A DNA stretch of 64,000 nt, from positions 2,852,001-2,916,000 of the forward strand of contig OZ234494.1 of assembly GCA_965153455.1 (NCBI GenBank), in the 5' to 3' direction. Source of the DNA: Sphagnum compactum. Its lineage: Eukaryota. Positions 27,535 through 38,800 of this stretch are shown here, in pieces. Positions within the stretch are counted from its first letter, which is position 1. Every line of letters starts with the position of its first letter. The notes under the pieces are model-generated. The model made no database searches. It was not told where the DNA came from and saw only the letters and a program-made list of their open reading frames with translations. A program made the position numbers and the translations under genes.

Positions 27535-30500
27535 TGTCTGCTGCGTCTGCTGGCGCTGCGGCTACTGTGAACGCCGCTTCCAGGAACAGGCTGTCTGCCG
27601 CTGACCGCATGTCCACCGCAACCCGACAGCAGTAGCGGGACCACGACCGCGAGCAGGACGCAGAGGCCCGTGCCCGGCTGACAGACCAGGAGCGGCAGCA
27701 GCAACGCAACCGTAACCGCGAGCAGCACGCAGAGGCCCGTGCTCGGCTAACAAACCAGGAGCGGCAGCAACAGCGGGCTCGCCACCGCGAGCAGCACGCC
27801 GAGGCCTGTGCCCGACTAATAGACCAGGAGCAGCAGCAGGAGCGGTGCCGCCACCCCGAGCAGCAGGCGGAGGCCTGTGCTCGGCTGACATACCAGCAGC
27901 ACCAGCACCAACGGGACCGTGATCGCGAGCGGCACCGGCAGGCGCGGGGTCAGCAAGATTTGCACACAGCAGCCTGCGTCCCCCTTTCAGAATTTGATGA
28001 GGCCAGTGTTTCGGTGCTTGACATAGGGGGTAGGACAGCTGAGTGCCAGCAATGCCGAGCTATGATTTGGCCTGATGAGGCTTCCCGGGGACACGAAGAC
28101 CTTTGCTGTGCTAAAGGCAGATCTTGTAGCTATGAGGCCCTCTTCCCCATTCCTCCTCCTCAATCATTGCGGGACCTGCTCAATTTTGAGCCTGCCCCTG
28201 GTGCACGCATCCCCCCTGCCACCGTATCTTTTCGCAAGCACATCCGGAAATACAATTCCTCCTTGCAGATGGCCTCCTCTGGCATTAACATCGAGTCACC
28301 CGCAGATGGGGTCAGTATGATTGCCATAAGGGGCGCTGTGCATCATTTGCTACCGTTGGCACCTCCTCAAGGGAGCCCCCATCAGTTTGCCCAGCTGTAT
28401 ATCATAAACAATGCGGATGCTCAGGCTGCTGCCCGTTTTGCTGCTCTCGGTCAGGGCAACCTGGACTATCGCACTTTACAAGAGCTGCAGCAAATGCTTT
28501 TGGGGAGCAATGTCTATGTTCAGCGCTTTGTGCAAGCCATAGATTTGCCCCTTCAAGACCTGGCTAACTATGAGATTGTCATCCGTGTTGATGGCAGCGT
28601 TGACCACCGCCGCTACAACGCCCCCACATCCAGGGAGGTGGCCGGCCTGATGCCTGGTGAGTGAATGGGGTGGCTGCATGGCTGCTTTTTGGTGCCCCAT
28701 TTTGTGATGTTTTTTATGGTGCTCGCCGTCCTAATTGTTACGTTCCTCGACAGCACGTTCCTTCCATCATCCAAGTAACTGTCCCGGCTGTGCCTAATTT
28801 GCCTTCCCTTTTGTGCCTGCTCACACGCGATGGTGACCCAGACGGTGACCCTGAAGGTAGCAATCCACGAGACATCAAGGTGCGGGCTAGGGGCGGGGGG
28901 TTATGGAGGATTAGTGATGCCCACTGTGCTTATGACCCTCTGCATTTTGTCATGTTCCACCCACACGGAGAGCCCGGCTGGCACCCAAATATTACTGGCG
29001 CTACCCCTGCGGTTGTGGATGGGCTAAGCTCTGAGGAAAAGCAACAACAACCATCTGAAGATGAACAGCAACCTGATGCGGAGCCGGTAGTGGACCCCGG
29101 GCGTGGTGGAGGTAAGGGCAGGGGTAGGGGCAGGGGCTGTGGTAGGGGTAGGGGCCGAGGCAGAGTAGCTGCCGCAGGGCGCATCGCTTGCAAGGTTACT
29201 GCCAGGGAATACGCGGTTTACTTCATGCATGACCGTAACCCTCCCACCAACAGCACGTTCACTTATGGCAAAAGGCTATATCAAGAGTGGGTGGTTGACC
29301 AGTACTCCAAAGTTGAGGGGCAGCGGCTGCGGTGGGTGCGCCTCAACCAGACCACCCTGCGTGCTGACCAATATAAAGGAATGGTAGATGCCATGCAGCA
29401 AGACGGGGCTAACAGCACCAACTTTGGGCGCATGGTGGTCCTTCCAGCCACTTTTGCTGGTAGCCCCCGCCACATGAACCAGCTCTACCAGGATTCCATG
29501 GCCTTGGTCAGAAAGTTTGGGAAACCTGACCTATTCATAACCATGACGTGCAACCCAAATTGGCTAGACATTCTACATGAGCTGAGGCCTGGGGAGGAAG
29601 CCAACGACCGCCCTGAATTAATATCCAGGGTGTTCAACATGAAGCTCAATGCCCTCCTCAAAGACCTTTTGCAGAATGGTGTTTTGGGCACTGCGGTGGC
29701 GGACATCCATGTGGTAGAATGGCAAAAGCGGGGCTTGCCGCACGGTCACATTTTGATCATTCTACGTAGCCAGGACAAGCCGCGTGATAACAACGATTAT
29801 GACCTGATCGTGTGTGCCGAGCTTCCAGACAAATCCACCGACCCCGAGCTTTACAACATTGTGACATCTCGCATGTTGCATGGGCCCTGTGGGGCCTTAC
29901 ATCCCTCATGTCCTTGCATGGTGAATAAGGCTTGCAGCAAGGGTTATCCCAAGACTTTCCAGCCCCAAACTGAGGACTCCATCGGTTGCTACCCAACCTA
30001 CCGGCGATGGGACGACAACAGGACCTTCACCCACCCCACGTAAGTGCAGTTGTTGGAAATTTGGCAAGTGAGTTGTTGTCCTGTGCACCTGACCATAAGT
30101 GTCTGTGTCTAAGTCTGCCTTGGAAACTCATTTCTTCTAGATTCTTAGGCGTCCCAAACTTCACCTCAAGCATGATGATGTGAAAGAAGGGCGAAGCCAA
30201 ACCTGCGAGAAAGGGACGCCAAGGTGACTGACAACTTTTTGCTGTAGCCCCCTCCCCCTTGCAGCTCAAGCTTTGTCTTTGACAACCGTTGGGTCGTCCC
30301 GTACAACCCTTACCTGACCATGCGATACCAGTGCCACATCAATGTTGAGGTCTGCAGCTACATCACGGCTGTGAAATACCTTTACAAGTATGTCTACAAG
30401 GGTCACGACCATGCTTTGGCAGTGGTGTAGTCGGAAGCTGGGGTTTTGCCGGCTGCAGCGCCTCAGGCGACTCCAGGTGGGGCCGATGGGAACAATGTGC

Positions 30501-33401
30501 CTGCCGCCTGGGATGAAGTCCAAAATTACCTCGATGGGCGGTATGTCAGTGCCAGCGAAGCTTGCCATCGGCTTTTTGCCTTTGATTTGCACGGCATGCA
30601 CCCCAATGTTTATCGCTTGGCTGTTCATCTGCCTAATGAGCAGACCACTTACTTTCCTGAGGGGACCACGGTTGGGGAAGCCATGATGCGCAACAACTCC
30701 ACCACTTTGACTGGGTGGTGTGACTTCAACCGAAAGGTCAAATCTGAATACGCGGCTGCAGCCACTTTGGCTCGTAACAGCAACGACCCTGCACCGCCAC
30801 TGCCTGCTGCGCTGACCACACTGTACCCTGATTATCTCGAAATCGCTGTGTGGAGCAAATCCAAAAAGGCATGGCACCTCCGGAAAAGGGTAGCGGGCCA
30901 GCGGGGTGCAGGCCGAAATAATCATGTCACATTGGGAACTATGGGGCGCATGTACTTTGTGCAACCCTCAGAGGGCGAGCGTTATTATCTACGAGTTTTG
31001 CTTACCCACGTTGCAGGGGCCACATGCTTTGAGGACCTCAGAACTACCCACCGGCCCCACACGCCTACCACAGTTGTGCACCCCACTTTTAAAGCTGCCT
31101 ACCTTGCACGTGGCTTGTTGCAAGATGATGCTGAATGGGACCAGTGCCTTTCAGAAGCTGTTGGCGTGCAATTGCCCAGAAGCTTGAGGCAACTTTTTGC
31201 CAACCTGCTGATTTACAACAACGTCACCAATCCTGGGCGGCTGTGGGACAGGCATAAGGGAGCCCTTACGGAGGATTTCTTGCACCAAGCACGCCAGGTG
31301 AGTGGGCAAAAGGCCTCCACAAAGGAAGTGTATATTGCAAGCCTCCCTTTCGTTGGGTTGTGATGGTATAAGTTGTGTTCTGCTATCTTCTTTGAACTGC
31401 TGCCTGGAAACTTTTCTATTGAATGACCGATTGTTGGATTCAATGTACCAGAAAGTTGATCCCTTAGCATCATTCCACACATTTCATTTAATGAATCTTA
31501 CCACATATTTAATGAGTCCCACTGGATTGCGTCTACTGAACCTAAGGCCAAGCTCCTCCAGGTGGTACCCAACGAGCTGCTGGATCCTATTGCAAACCAA
31601 ATTTCCTTGCCAGCTGTAAGCATGAATAACTGTGCCCTTCTGGATTATAACCCCCCCCCCCGCCCCCAATTGCGTCGCGCAAGTAACGCCCAACCGGCAG
31701 TTGGACAAGGCCATCCTTGACCAGGGCTTGCGGGAAGTGGAGCAACTGCTGCAGGCCCAAGGGGGGAAAACCCTAGAGGATTTTGAGCTGCCTATCCCTG
31801 CACAGCTGGCTGCCCCAAGGGACGCCGCTGTATCCGAGGAGCGGGCCAAATACAATGTGACGCGGCAAGCTCAATAGCTTGCTCGGGATGTGCCTTTGCT
31901 AAATCAGCACCAGCGTTCCATTTACGACAATGTCATTGACGCGGTCCATGACCCCAGGCCGGTGGACAAAACCTTTTTTGTTGATGGGCTGGGAGGGGCT
32001 GGCAAGACTTTCCTCTACGGGTGCCTACTCAGCAGGGTGCGCTGTACTGGTGACATAGCGTTGTCGATGGCATCTTCTGTCATTGCAGCCCTGCTTTTGG
32101 AGGGCGGCTGCACAGCTCACTCACGTTTCAAAATTCCCGTAGCAGGCCTTTGTGGCTCCTCTGCTTGCTATGTTCCCCTGAACAGTCCATAAGCGGCCTT
32201 GATTCGGGCTGCACGCCTCATTGTGTGGGATGAGGCACCCATGGCCCACAAGCATGTGTTTAAGGCTGTGAACCGCACGCTCCAACATGTTATGGGTGCT
32301 GTTGACCCTGCCTTAAAGGACATGCTTTTTGGGGGCAAGGTTGTTGTCATGGGAGGTGATTTTAGGCAGATATTGCCTGTGGTTCCCCGGGGCATGAGAG
32401 GCCAGATTGTGGATGCCAGTCTCAAGAGGTCCGCACTCCTTTGGCACCGTGTTAAAGTGCATCAGCTGCATGAAAACATGCGTGTTCAGAGGCTTTTGGC
32501 ACAGGGCGGAGCCAACGCCGCGGCCGATGCCCAACAACAGCAAGCTTGGGTAGACTACTTGCAGCGCATTGGGGAGGGCACAGAGCAAGTCTTTCCTGAG
32601 GTTGGGGAGGAGGCTGTTTTGATCCCAGAAGACATGTGCTGCCAGGGTGACACCATTAATAGCCTGGTGGATGAAGTTTACGGCGACCTTGGCCGCTTCA
32701 CAGACTCGCAGTCACGCAATGAGCACATCATTCAGAGGGCCATTTTAACTCCTCTAAACGAGAACGTTGACAGCATCAACACCGCCATCATGAATCGGTT
32801 TGACCTCACCACACCTGACGCCCCACCAGCACAGCGCCGCACATACCACAGCGTTGTTCTGTTGTGCAAGGCGAACAGAGAGGGGTTTACCCCACCGAGT
32901 TTCTAAACTCCCTCAGCATGTCAGGGGTGCCACCCCACACTTTGACCTTACAGGAAGGCTGCCCGGTGATTTTGCTGCGGAATATGTCGGGCGACCTTGC
33001 AAATGGCACTCGGCTTATTGTGGTTAAGCTGATGCAGCACATAATTGATGCTGAGATTGCCACAGGACCGGACAAGGGTAGGTGCGTTTTCATTCCCCGC
33101 CTCAGCATCACTCCCTCTGACACGGAAAGGATGCCTTTTACACTCCGCCGGCGGCAGTTCTCGTTGCGGCCCGCATTTGCCATGACTATCAACAAGGCCC
33201 AGGGGCAAACATTGAAGGCAGTGGGGGTGTACCTGCCCAAGCCTGTTTTTTGCCACGGGCAGCTTTATGTGGCTTTCTCTCGGTGCGGTTCAAGGCGGGG
33301 CGTCCGGGTGCTGGTCCCAGGGTGGCAGCAGGGCAACTCTGAATGGGGCCCCTGCTGGCGTTTACACCAGTAATGTGGTCTACCGCGAGGTGCTACAATG
33401 A
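27535..33401 (+). pseudogene. Helitron Rep-Helicase (HUH endonuclease + PIF1 SF1B helicase), 4 exons, disabled
   Basis: Zn-finger CQQC..W..E..CC.KG. Rep motifs PDLFITMTCNP, VEWQKRGLPHGHILI (HUH) and KYLYKYVYKGHD. Helicase motifs DGLGGAGKTFLY, IVWDEAPM, GGDFRQILPV, AMTINKAQGQT, HGQLYVAFSR, end NVVYREVLQ* (33399-33401). Introns 28657-28826, 30040-30264, 31298-31682. In-frame stops at ~27632, 30428, 31875, 32190; frameshifts at ~32860 and ~33320. Confidence 0.95.
27645..27945 (+). repeat. 69-bp (23-aa) tandem repeat, ~4 copies, STPR-like, at the RepHel N-terminus
   Basis: REQDAEARARLTDQERQQQRNRN / REQHAEARARLTNQERQQQRARH / REQHAEACARLIDQEQQQERCRH / PEQQAEACARLTYQQHQHQRDRD, translated by hand. 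Confidence 0.85.
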
Positions 33402-34155
33402 TTCTTCTTGTGGGTATGGGGTTCTTTGGGGTCTCCTTTGGACTCCCAGTTTTTTTCAGGGCTTGGACTTTGGTTTCGTCCAAGGGGATGGGTTGGATTA
33501 GATTGCATTAGACTAAAATGGGACTTTTATATATATTAGACATTCCCTCCATAGGATTTCCAGGCATGTAATGGATTTTAGATAAAGTGACCATGCAGGC
33601 TCATCCCAACGACTCATGCCTGTACCTGCAACCTCAGATGCAAACGTACCAGGAATGAATATGATCATCAACTGTCATCACTGTTGCACTGCATCAGTGC
33701 CGTGCCATGCAAATAAAACAAGGAAAGGGAAATACAGTAATAATAACTTTTTTTTAAAAAAAAACAAAAATGAAGAAACAAAATAATAAATGATAAATAA
33801 TAAATAATAAAATTTATAATAATAAAGAAAAACCTTACTTGAAAATGAATGAGGTGTGTCTTCTTTCTCCAAACTTCAAACTTGCATCCAAATAAACAAA
33901 AATATAAAAGTGAAAAATAAACACTTTATTTTTATTATACAAAATAAAAACAGAAAACACATAAAAATTTAAAATTTAAAAAAAAAACTCGCTTCACCAT
34001 GTATGTTTTCATGGGGGACTTTTCAACAAATTTTCGTCACAAAAAATAAATAAAATAAAAATAAAAATAGCTGTTTTGTGCCTTTGTGTGTGTCCTTCTT
34101 GGTTTAAAGAAACCGGGGGACTTCATAGTGTCCGAAGGTCACGGGTACCCACTAG

Positions 34156-35860
34156 TAATAATGAAGGTATGATACCTTCAAGACCAAGTTCTGCTACAAA
34201 AACAAACATTTTTCGAAATATTTGGACTTCACACAGAAGTATAGGTTCTTCATATATATTAATTCCAGAGAATAGATTCTTGTACTCATACACCAAGGTC
34301 TGTGCAAATACTAGAAGCAAAATTGGATGAACATAGGAGAACTTCTAGTATGTTTCAACAGGTAACAAAGTACGACACACAAATGACCAACATTCTGCTT
34401 AGACTATCTGATCTTGAAATCAAAAATAAACATATCACAAAAGAGAAGGATAAATTTGTTCAAAATTTGTAGGGGGCTTTGGAGAAGGAGCAAAAGTTCA
34501 AAGTAGAGTTGTAAATGAAGTAGGATGAAAATAATGAGGTAATGGTAAAACTAAAAACAACCAGACAAAATATCAACAACGTAAAGAAGCATAATAAGGA
34601 TCTGGAAAAGATTAAAGTAGAGAAGGATTATTTGCAAGCATCTCTAATGCAGATGGATGCCAACTCCCAAAAGCTAAAAACAGAAGAAAAAAATTTCTAA
34701 ATGTGGAACACAATAAACTTTAGAAATATCACATGAATATGGAGTAGACTCTCTTGAAGCAACATAAGGAGCTGGAGGAGCTTGGAGAGGATATTTGTAA
34801 TGTATACCAATCCAAAAATGAAATACAGAGGCAATTTGAACAAGGACATGTATAGATGGATAGAAACTTGTTGAGGTAGAAGATTGTTAATGAAAAGTTA
34901 TAGCAAACTCTGGAGCAAGCCCAAGACATCAAACCCTTCAACTATGACAATGTTTTCAAAAAGAACAATGAATTCAAGAAATAGCATGGTTTGCTTCAAG
35001 TAAAACTCAAGGCATTAACTATGGAAGAGAAGGATGTAGATCTTTGGTGGGATGTAGTGTAGGATATAGTTTAGAAGGATATAGAGAATGTTTATAGAAT
35101 GCATGAGAGAAATGAAAAGTTCTACAAGCATACGATATCCCAAATGGAAAAGGTCATACCATTATTCCAAGATGAACCTCTAATCTTGACTCCAGAATCA
35201 AAAACCTTATATGAGGAAGAAGAAAAAGGATAGATTAATGTGTAGGTCCATCAAGACAAGAACAGTAGAACAGGAACCAACAAACCTTAGAGGAGGAAGG
35301 GGTAGTTCTCAAAAGAAAGCTAGAGATATGAAAGATGTATCAGAACCAAGTTTAGAACCATTAGAATCTATTCCACAAGAGGTTAGTTTTTAGGAGTATG
35401 GATATGTAGTTGCAAAAATAGGAGAGGAGATACAAATTGAGGAACACACAATTGAAAAATTACAAGAAGATTAGATTGATCCAATAATAGAGCTGCAACA
35501 ACAAGACCAAACTCAAATCACATCAAATCTGCATTCACAACAATAAATACAAGTTACATCAAAGTTATAGTCATAGGAATAGACAATAGTAGATTAGCAA
35601 ACAAATGCACAATTGTTAATAGAAATACAAGAAGTATAACAATAGATTTTGAACACAATAGCGAATTAGCCATTGACTCAATATGAAGTATAACAGGCAC
35701 AAACAAATCAGACTATAGTACAAATAGATCAAACTATAGTACAACAAGATCAATATTAGATTTCTGACCCACAAGATTAACAACAACATTAGATTTCATT
35801 TTCTTAACAACTTTGATCCAAAATTTCGGGATGTAATTCAGAGTACGGGTGGGGTAACGT
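34156..35860 (+). mobile_element. Decayed coiled-coil/Q-rich ORF ending at a Gypsy-type PPT region (probable LTR retroelement remnant)
   Basis: E/K/Q-rich frame riddled with TAA/TAG stops (e.g. KEKDKFVQNL*GALEKEQKFKVEL*). It ends at aatttcggga...cgggtggggtaacgt (35822-35860), resembling the chromovirus pre-LTR/PPT signature. Confidence 0.4.
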
Positions 35861-38800
35861 TAATGCAGTAATTATTCATTGTAAACACTTAATTAATTAA
35901 TATTTACTTATCTAATTACTTTTCTAAGATTTACTAGCTAGTTTATATAGTTTTATCATCATTTGAATTGATCATAGAATTATTTTTAAATGATAATTTC
36001 TAGGAGATAGAATATTCACTGTAGTATATGGAGTTTTGATGAGAGTATGAAACAATAGTATATTGTTTTCTGGAAAAACTTTAATTCCATAGCCATATTT
36101 GTTGTTTTGATGTTTTTCTCATATTTTCATGATTGGATTAAAGGTTATGAGCCTAGATTTGAATGAACATATTTTATTAGTATTAGTTTCATGATTTTTT
36201 TTTAGTCTAGAATTAGACCAGAATATAGAATAGGAATTATGTATTTACCAATAGGTATTTAATTTTAGGCTTAACCTAAGTTGCTTAGATTCTATCCATG
36301 TGACATAACCAAGTGGCCAAAGTTTAAATGCCATGTGGCATAACCTATATTGCCAATGTTTAGATGCCACATGGTTTAACTTGGGTGGCCACTATTTAAA
36401 TGCCAAATCGCATTTGCCTATTCAAAATGGTGTTTGAATAATCAAAAAGTCATTTGACTATCATATTGAACAATCAAAATGAATAATCAAAAGTATTAAT
36501 CAAAATAATAGTCAAAATGACTAATAAAAAATGTTAATCTAGGCTTTGTCAAAAGTACACGACCCAGTCACAATGGACAGGTTCAAAATGATTTGTCCAA
36601 AATGATTAAGAGGTTTTTTTTACGCCTGTCCAAAATGGGCCTTTTTTGACCAAAATTTCTAGAAAAAATAATTAGGAATTCTAATAGTGGGAGTTACTTG
36701 AAATGAAGTTACAAATGTGTGGGCTAGGTAGTTGATATTGCTTCATCTATTAGCCATACTAGAAATATTCTTAATAAAAATTGTATCCAGACTACATAAC
36801 ATATTCCCACCCCATTAGATTAGTCATATAATAATAAAGTTCAGTTAATCCTAAACCCTTTATCACATGAAGGTCATGAATCATGATACTCTCAGAATGA
36901 GGAAGAGCCATGAAAAGTTCCACAACAATTAAGTCAAAAAGAATAAAGGAATCATGCATTTGGTTGCATGGGAATGAAAGAAAAGCTTTTGACTAATGTA
37001 ATCTCATAGGGGAAACACCATTGAAATATGCCACTTAGATTCCAAATATTGAATGTTTGTAGGCAAAAAATGTCCTTGCCCTTACAAAAAAATAGTCCAT
37101 AGACAACATTCTTGGTCTCGTTTGTTGTAAGCATTGTATAGTGCAAGAGTATCAACAACTATAATACATGTCATCAAGATAAATATAACAACAATAGATA
37201 GGTCAGTACAAGGTAAGTACAAAGACCTAACACAAGTTTAGCATATTCATGTTCTTTAGCCACCTGCACAATTAGTTTTGCTCATGTGAATGCCACTTGA
37301 TTTTCATGATTTAGGTCATGACCCACCTTCTAATTAAAAAACAAAAGCATTCATGCTTCTACCTATACTTGCATGTTCAATTGCTCCATAGTCTCATACA
37401 TGTTAAAATTTTGAAACCGTCACAAGGTCCCCCAAATTTTCAAGGAATCAGAAACAAATATATCTCAATGGTTTTTGAAAGACAAAAATGGAGCATTCTG
37501 AAAACACATGTATAATTTAAGTTTCCTGAATTTTTTTTGAATACTGCAAGGGGAATGCAAAGGAGGATTGCAACAAAGTTTGTAGTGGTTGAATTACATA
37601 CCTATTGTAGAACTTGCATATGAAAATATTCAATCAAATCTTCCCTTCCTGTCATATCCTTCACACTCTCCAACAAGCTATGAACCTTTGTTATCTCCTC
37701 ATTCTCATTGACCATGCAATTCCTTCTTATTTTTATAATCCCACATTCAGTGCCAACACTTACATTTATGGCAGCTTCATTGTTCACCAAAAATGAAGAC
37801 CCTGTTGCATGTCAGCAAAAAGTATAGGGGTTTATTTTTGATTGATTGTTGCAAGTTTTCAACCAAAATGCAAAGTTTCCATGGTTGTGGTAGCTTCACC
37901 ATCAAGACCACCATCTCTGATAGGAGCATGTGAAATGCCATTTCGAATACTTGCACAAGACTCATTCTTGAATACATTTTCTAGTCAAGCAATATGTAAG
38001 GTTTTTAGTTGTGGGCTCCTAATGAAAACAATTGAACTGATATCGTTTTCAACAAGCTGAACATTAGCTAAAAAAACTTGTAACACAATAGTTTCATTGA
38101 CAAACATTACACCAAAACCAAGAACATTAAGCCCACTATGTTGTTCCCTAGAGGCATCCTTTGTCACTCTGCACCTTTGATTTAATTTTGCTTACAAAGT
38201 TGCAGCTAAGGAATCTTTAAGGAGAAAAAATCAAACAATGTTTCTTCTCATCCATAATTAGTCAATGATGTGTCTTTCCGTATGTAAAAAAATTAAGGCA
38301 CACAAATATACATGACTTGGAGCCATAGACTTTGGATAAATTGAGAGAACATTGGGAAAGTTTTGTAGGGTAGCATTTTGAGTGATTTAAAACTTTATGG
38401 GAGCATTCACTTAAGCTCTACAATTCATCTATGAACTACAAAAGCAAATGAGTAATGAAGAAAGAACATGAAAAAAATAATAGAAAACTTGTTTGTTCAA
38501 GATACAAAATGTTCTTTCTTTTTCTTAGACCCCTTCAACTTTCAAAGCCCATAACGTTCTCATTTCTTATGCGATTTCAACAATCTAAAGTTCTATGGGA
38601 GCACCAACTTACATTTTACAAATCATTTTTGAACTCAAAAAGCAATAAAACAACATCTTAGGATTGTTCGGTGTTTAGGAATAGGCTTCCAAGTGTTCTA
38701 ATGTAACCCTTTTCGACCCTATCTATTTTAAAGAACCATAACTTTCTCATTTTGAATCTGTTTGTAACAATTTTTAATGCCTCGGATGCACCAAGAGAAG

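Larger units (their letters stand above)
25451..34155 (+). mobile_element. Composite Helitron (~8.7 kb) with captured host exons and a disabled RepHel
   Basis: 5' end TCTTATATATTAA...GTGCGTGCG at 25451, similar to the 5' end of the element at 61218. 3' hairpin GTGTCCGAAGGTCAC (34128-34142) then GGGTACCCA-CTAG|T (34152-34155), matching the 3' ends at 60572 and 61449. The left flank base is C rather than the canonical A. Confidence 0.8.

Noticed and set aside
27535-33401. RepHel as an active autonomous transposase or a domesticated host gene
   Set aside because: Four in-frame stops, two frameshifts, two damaged splice acceptors and no clear start or promoter.
27535-33540. GC-rich block as a mis-assembled contaminant
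   Set aside because: It sits inside Helitron termini shared with other elements in the window and shows host-type C-to-T decay. Not formally excluded without reads.
36930-38200. Short minus-strand ORFs with intron-like signals, possibly a decayed transposase or gene
   Set aside because: No motif I could recognise with confidence; needs a TBLASTN/HMM search.
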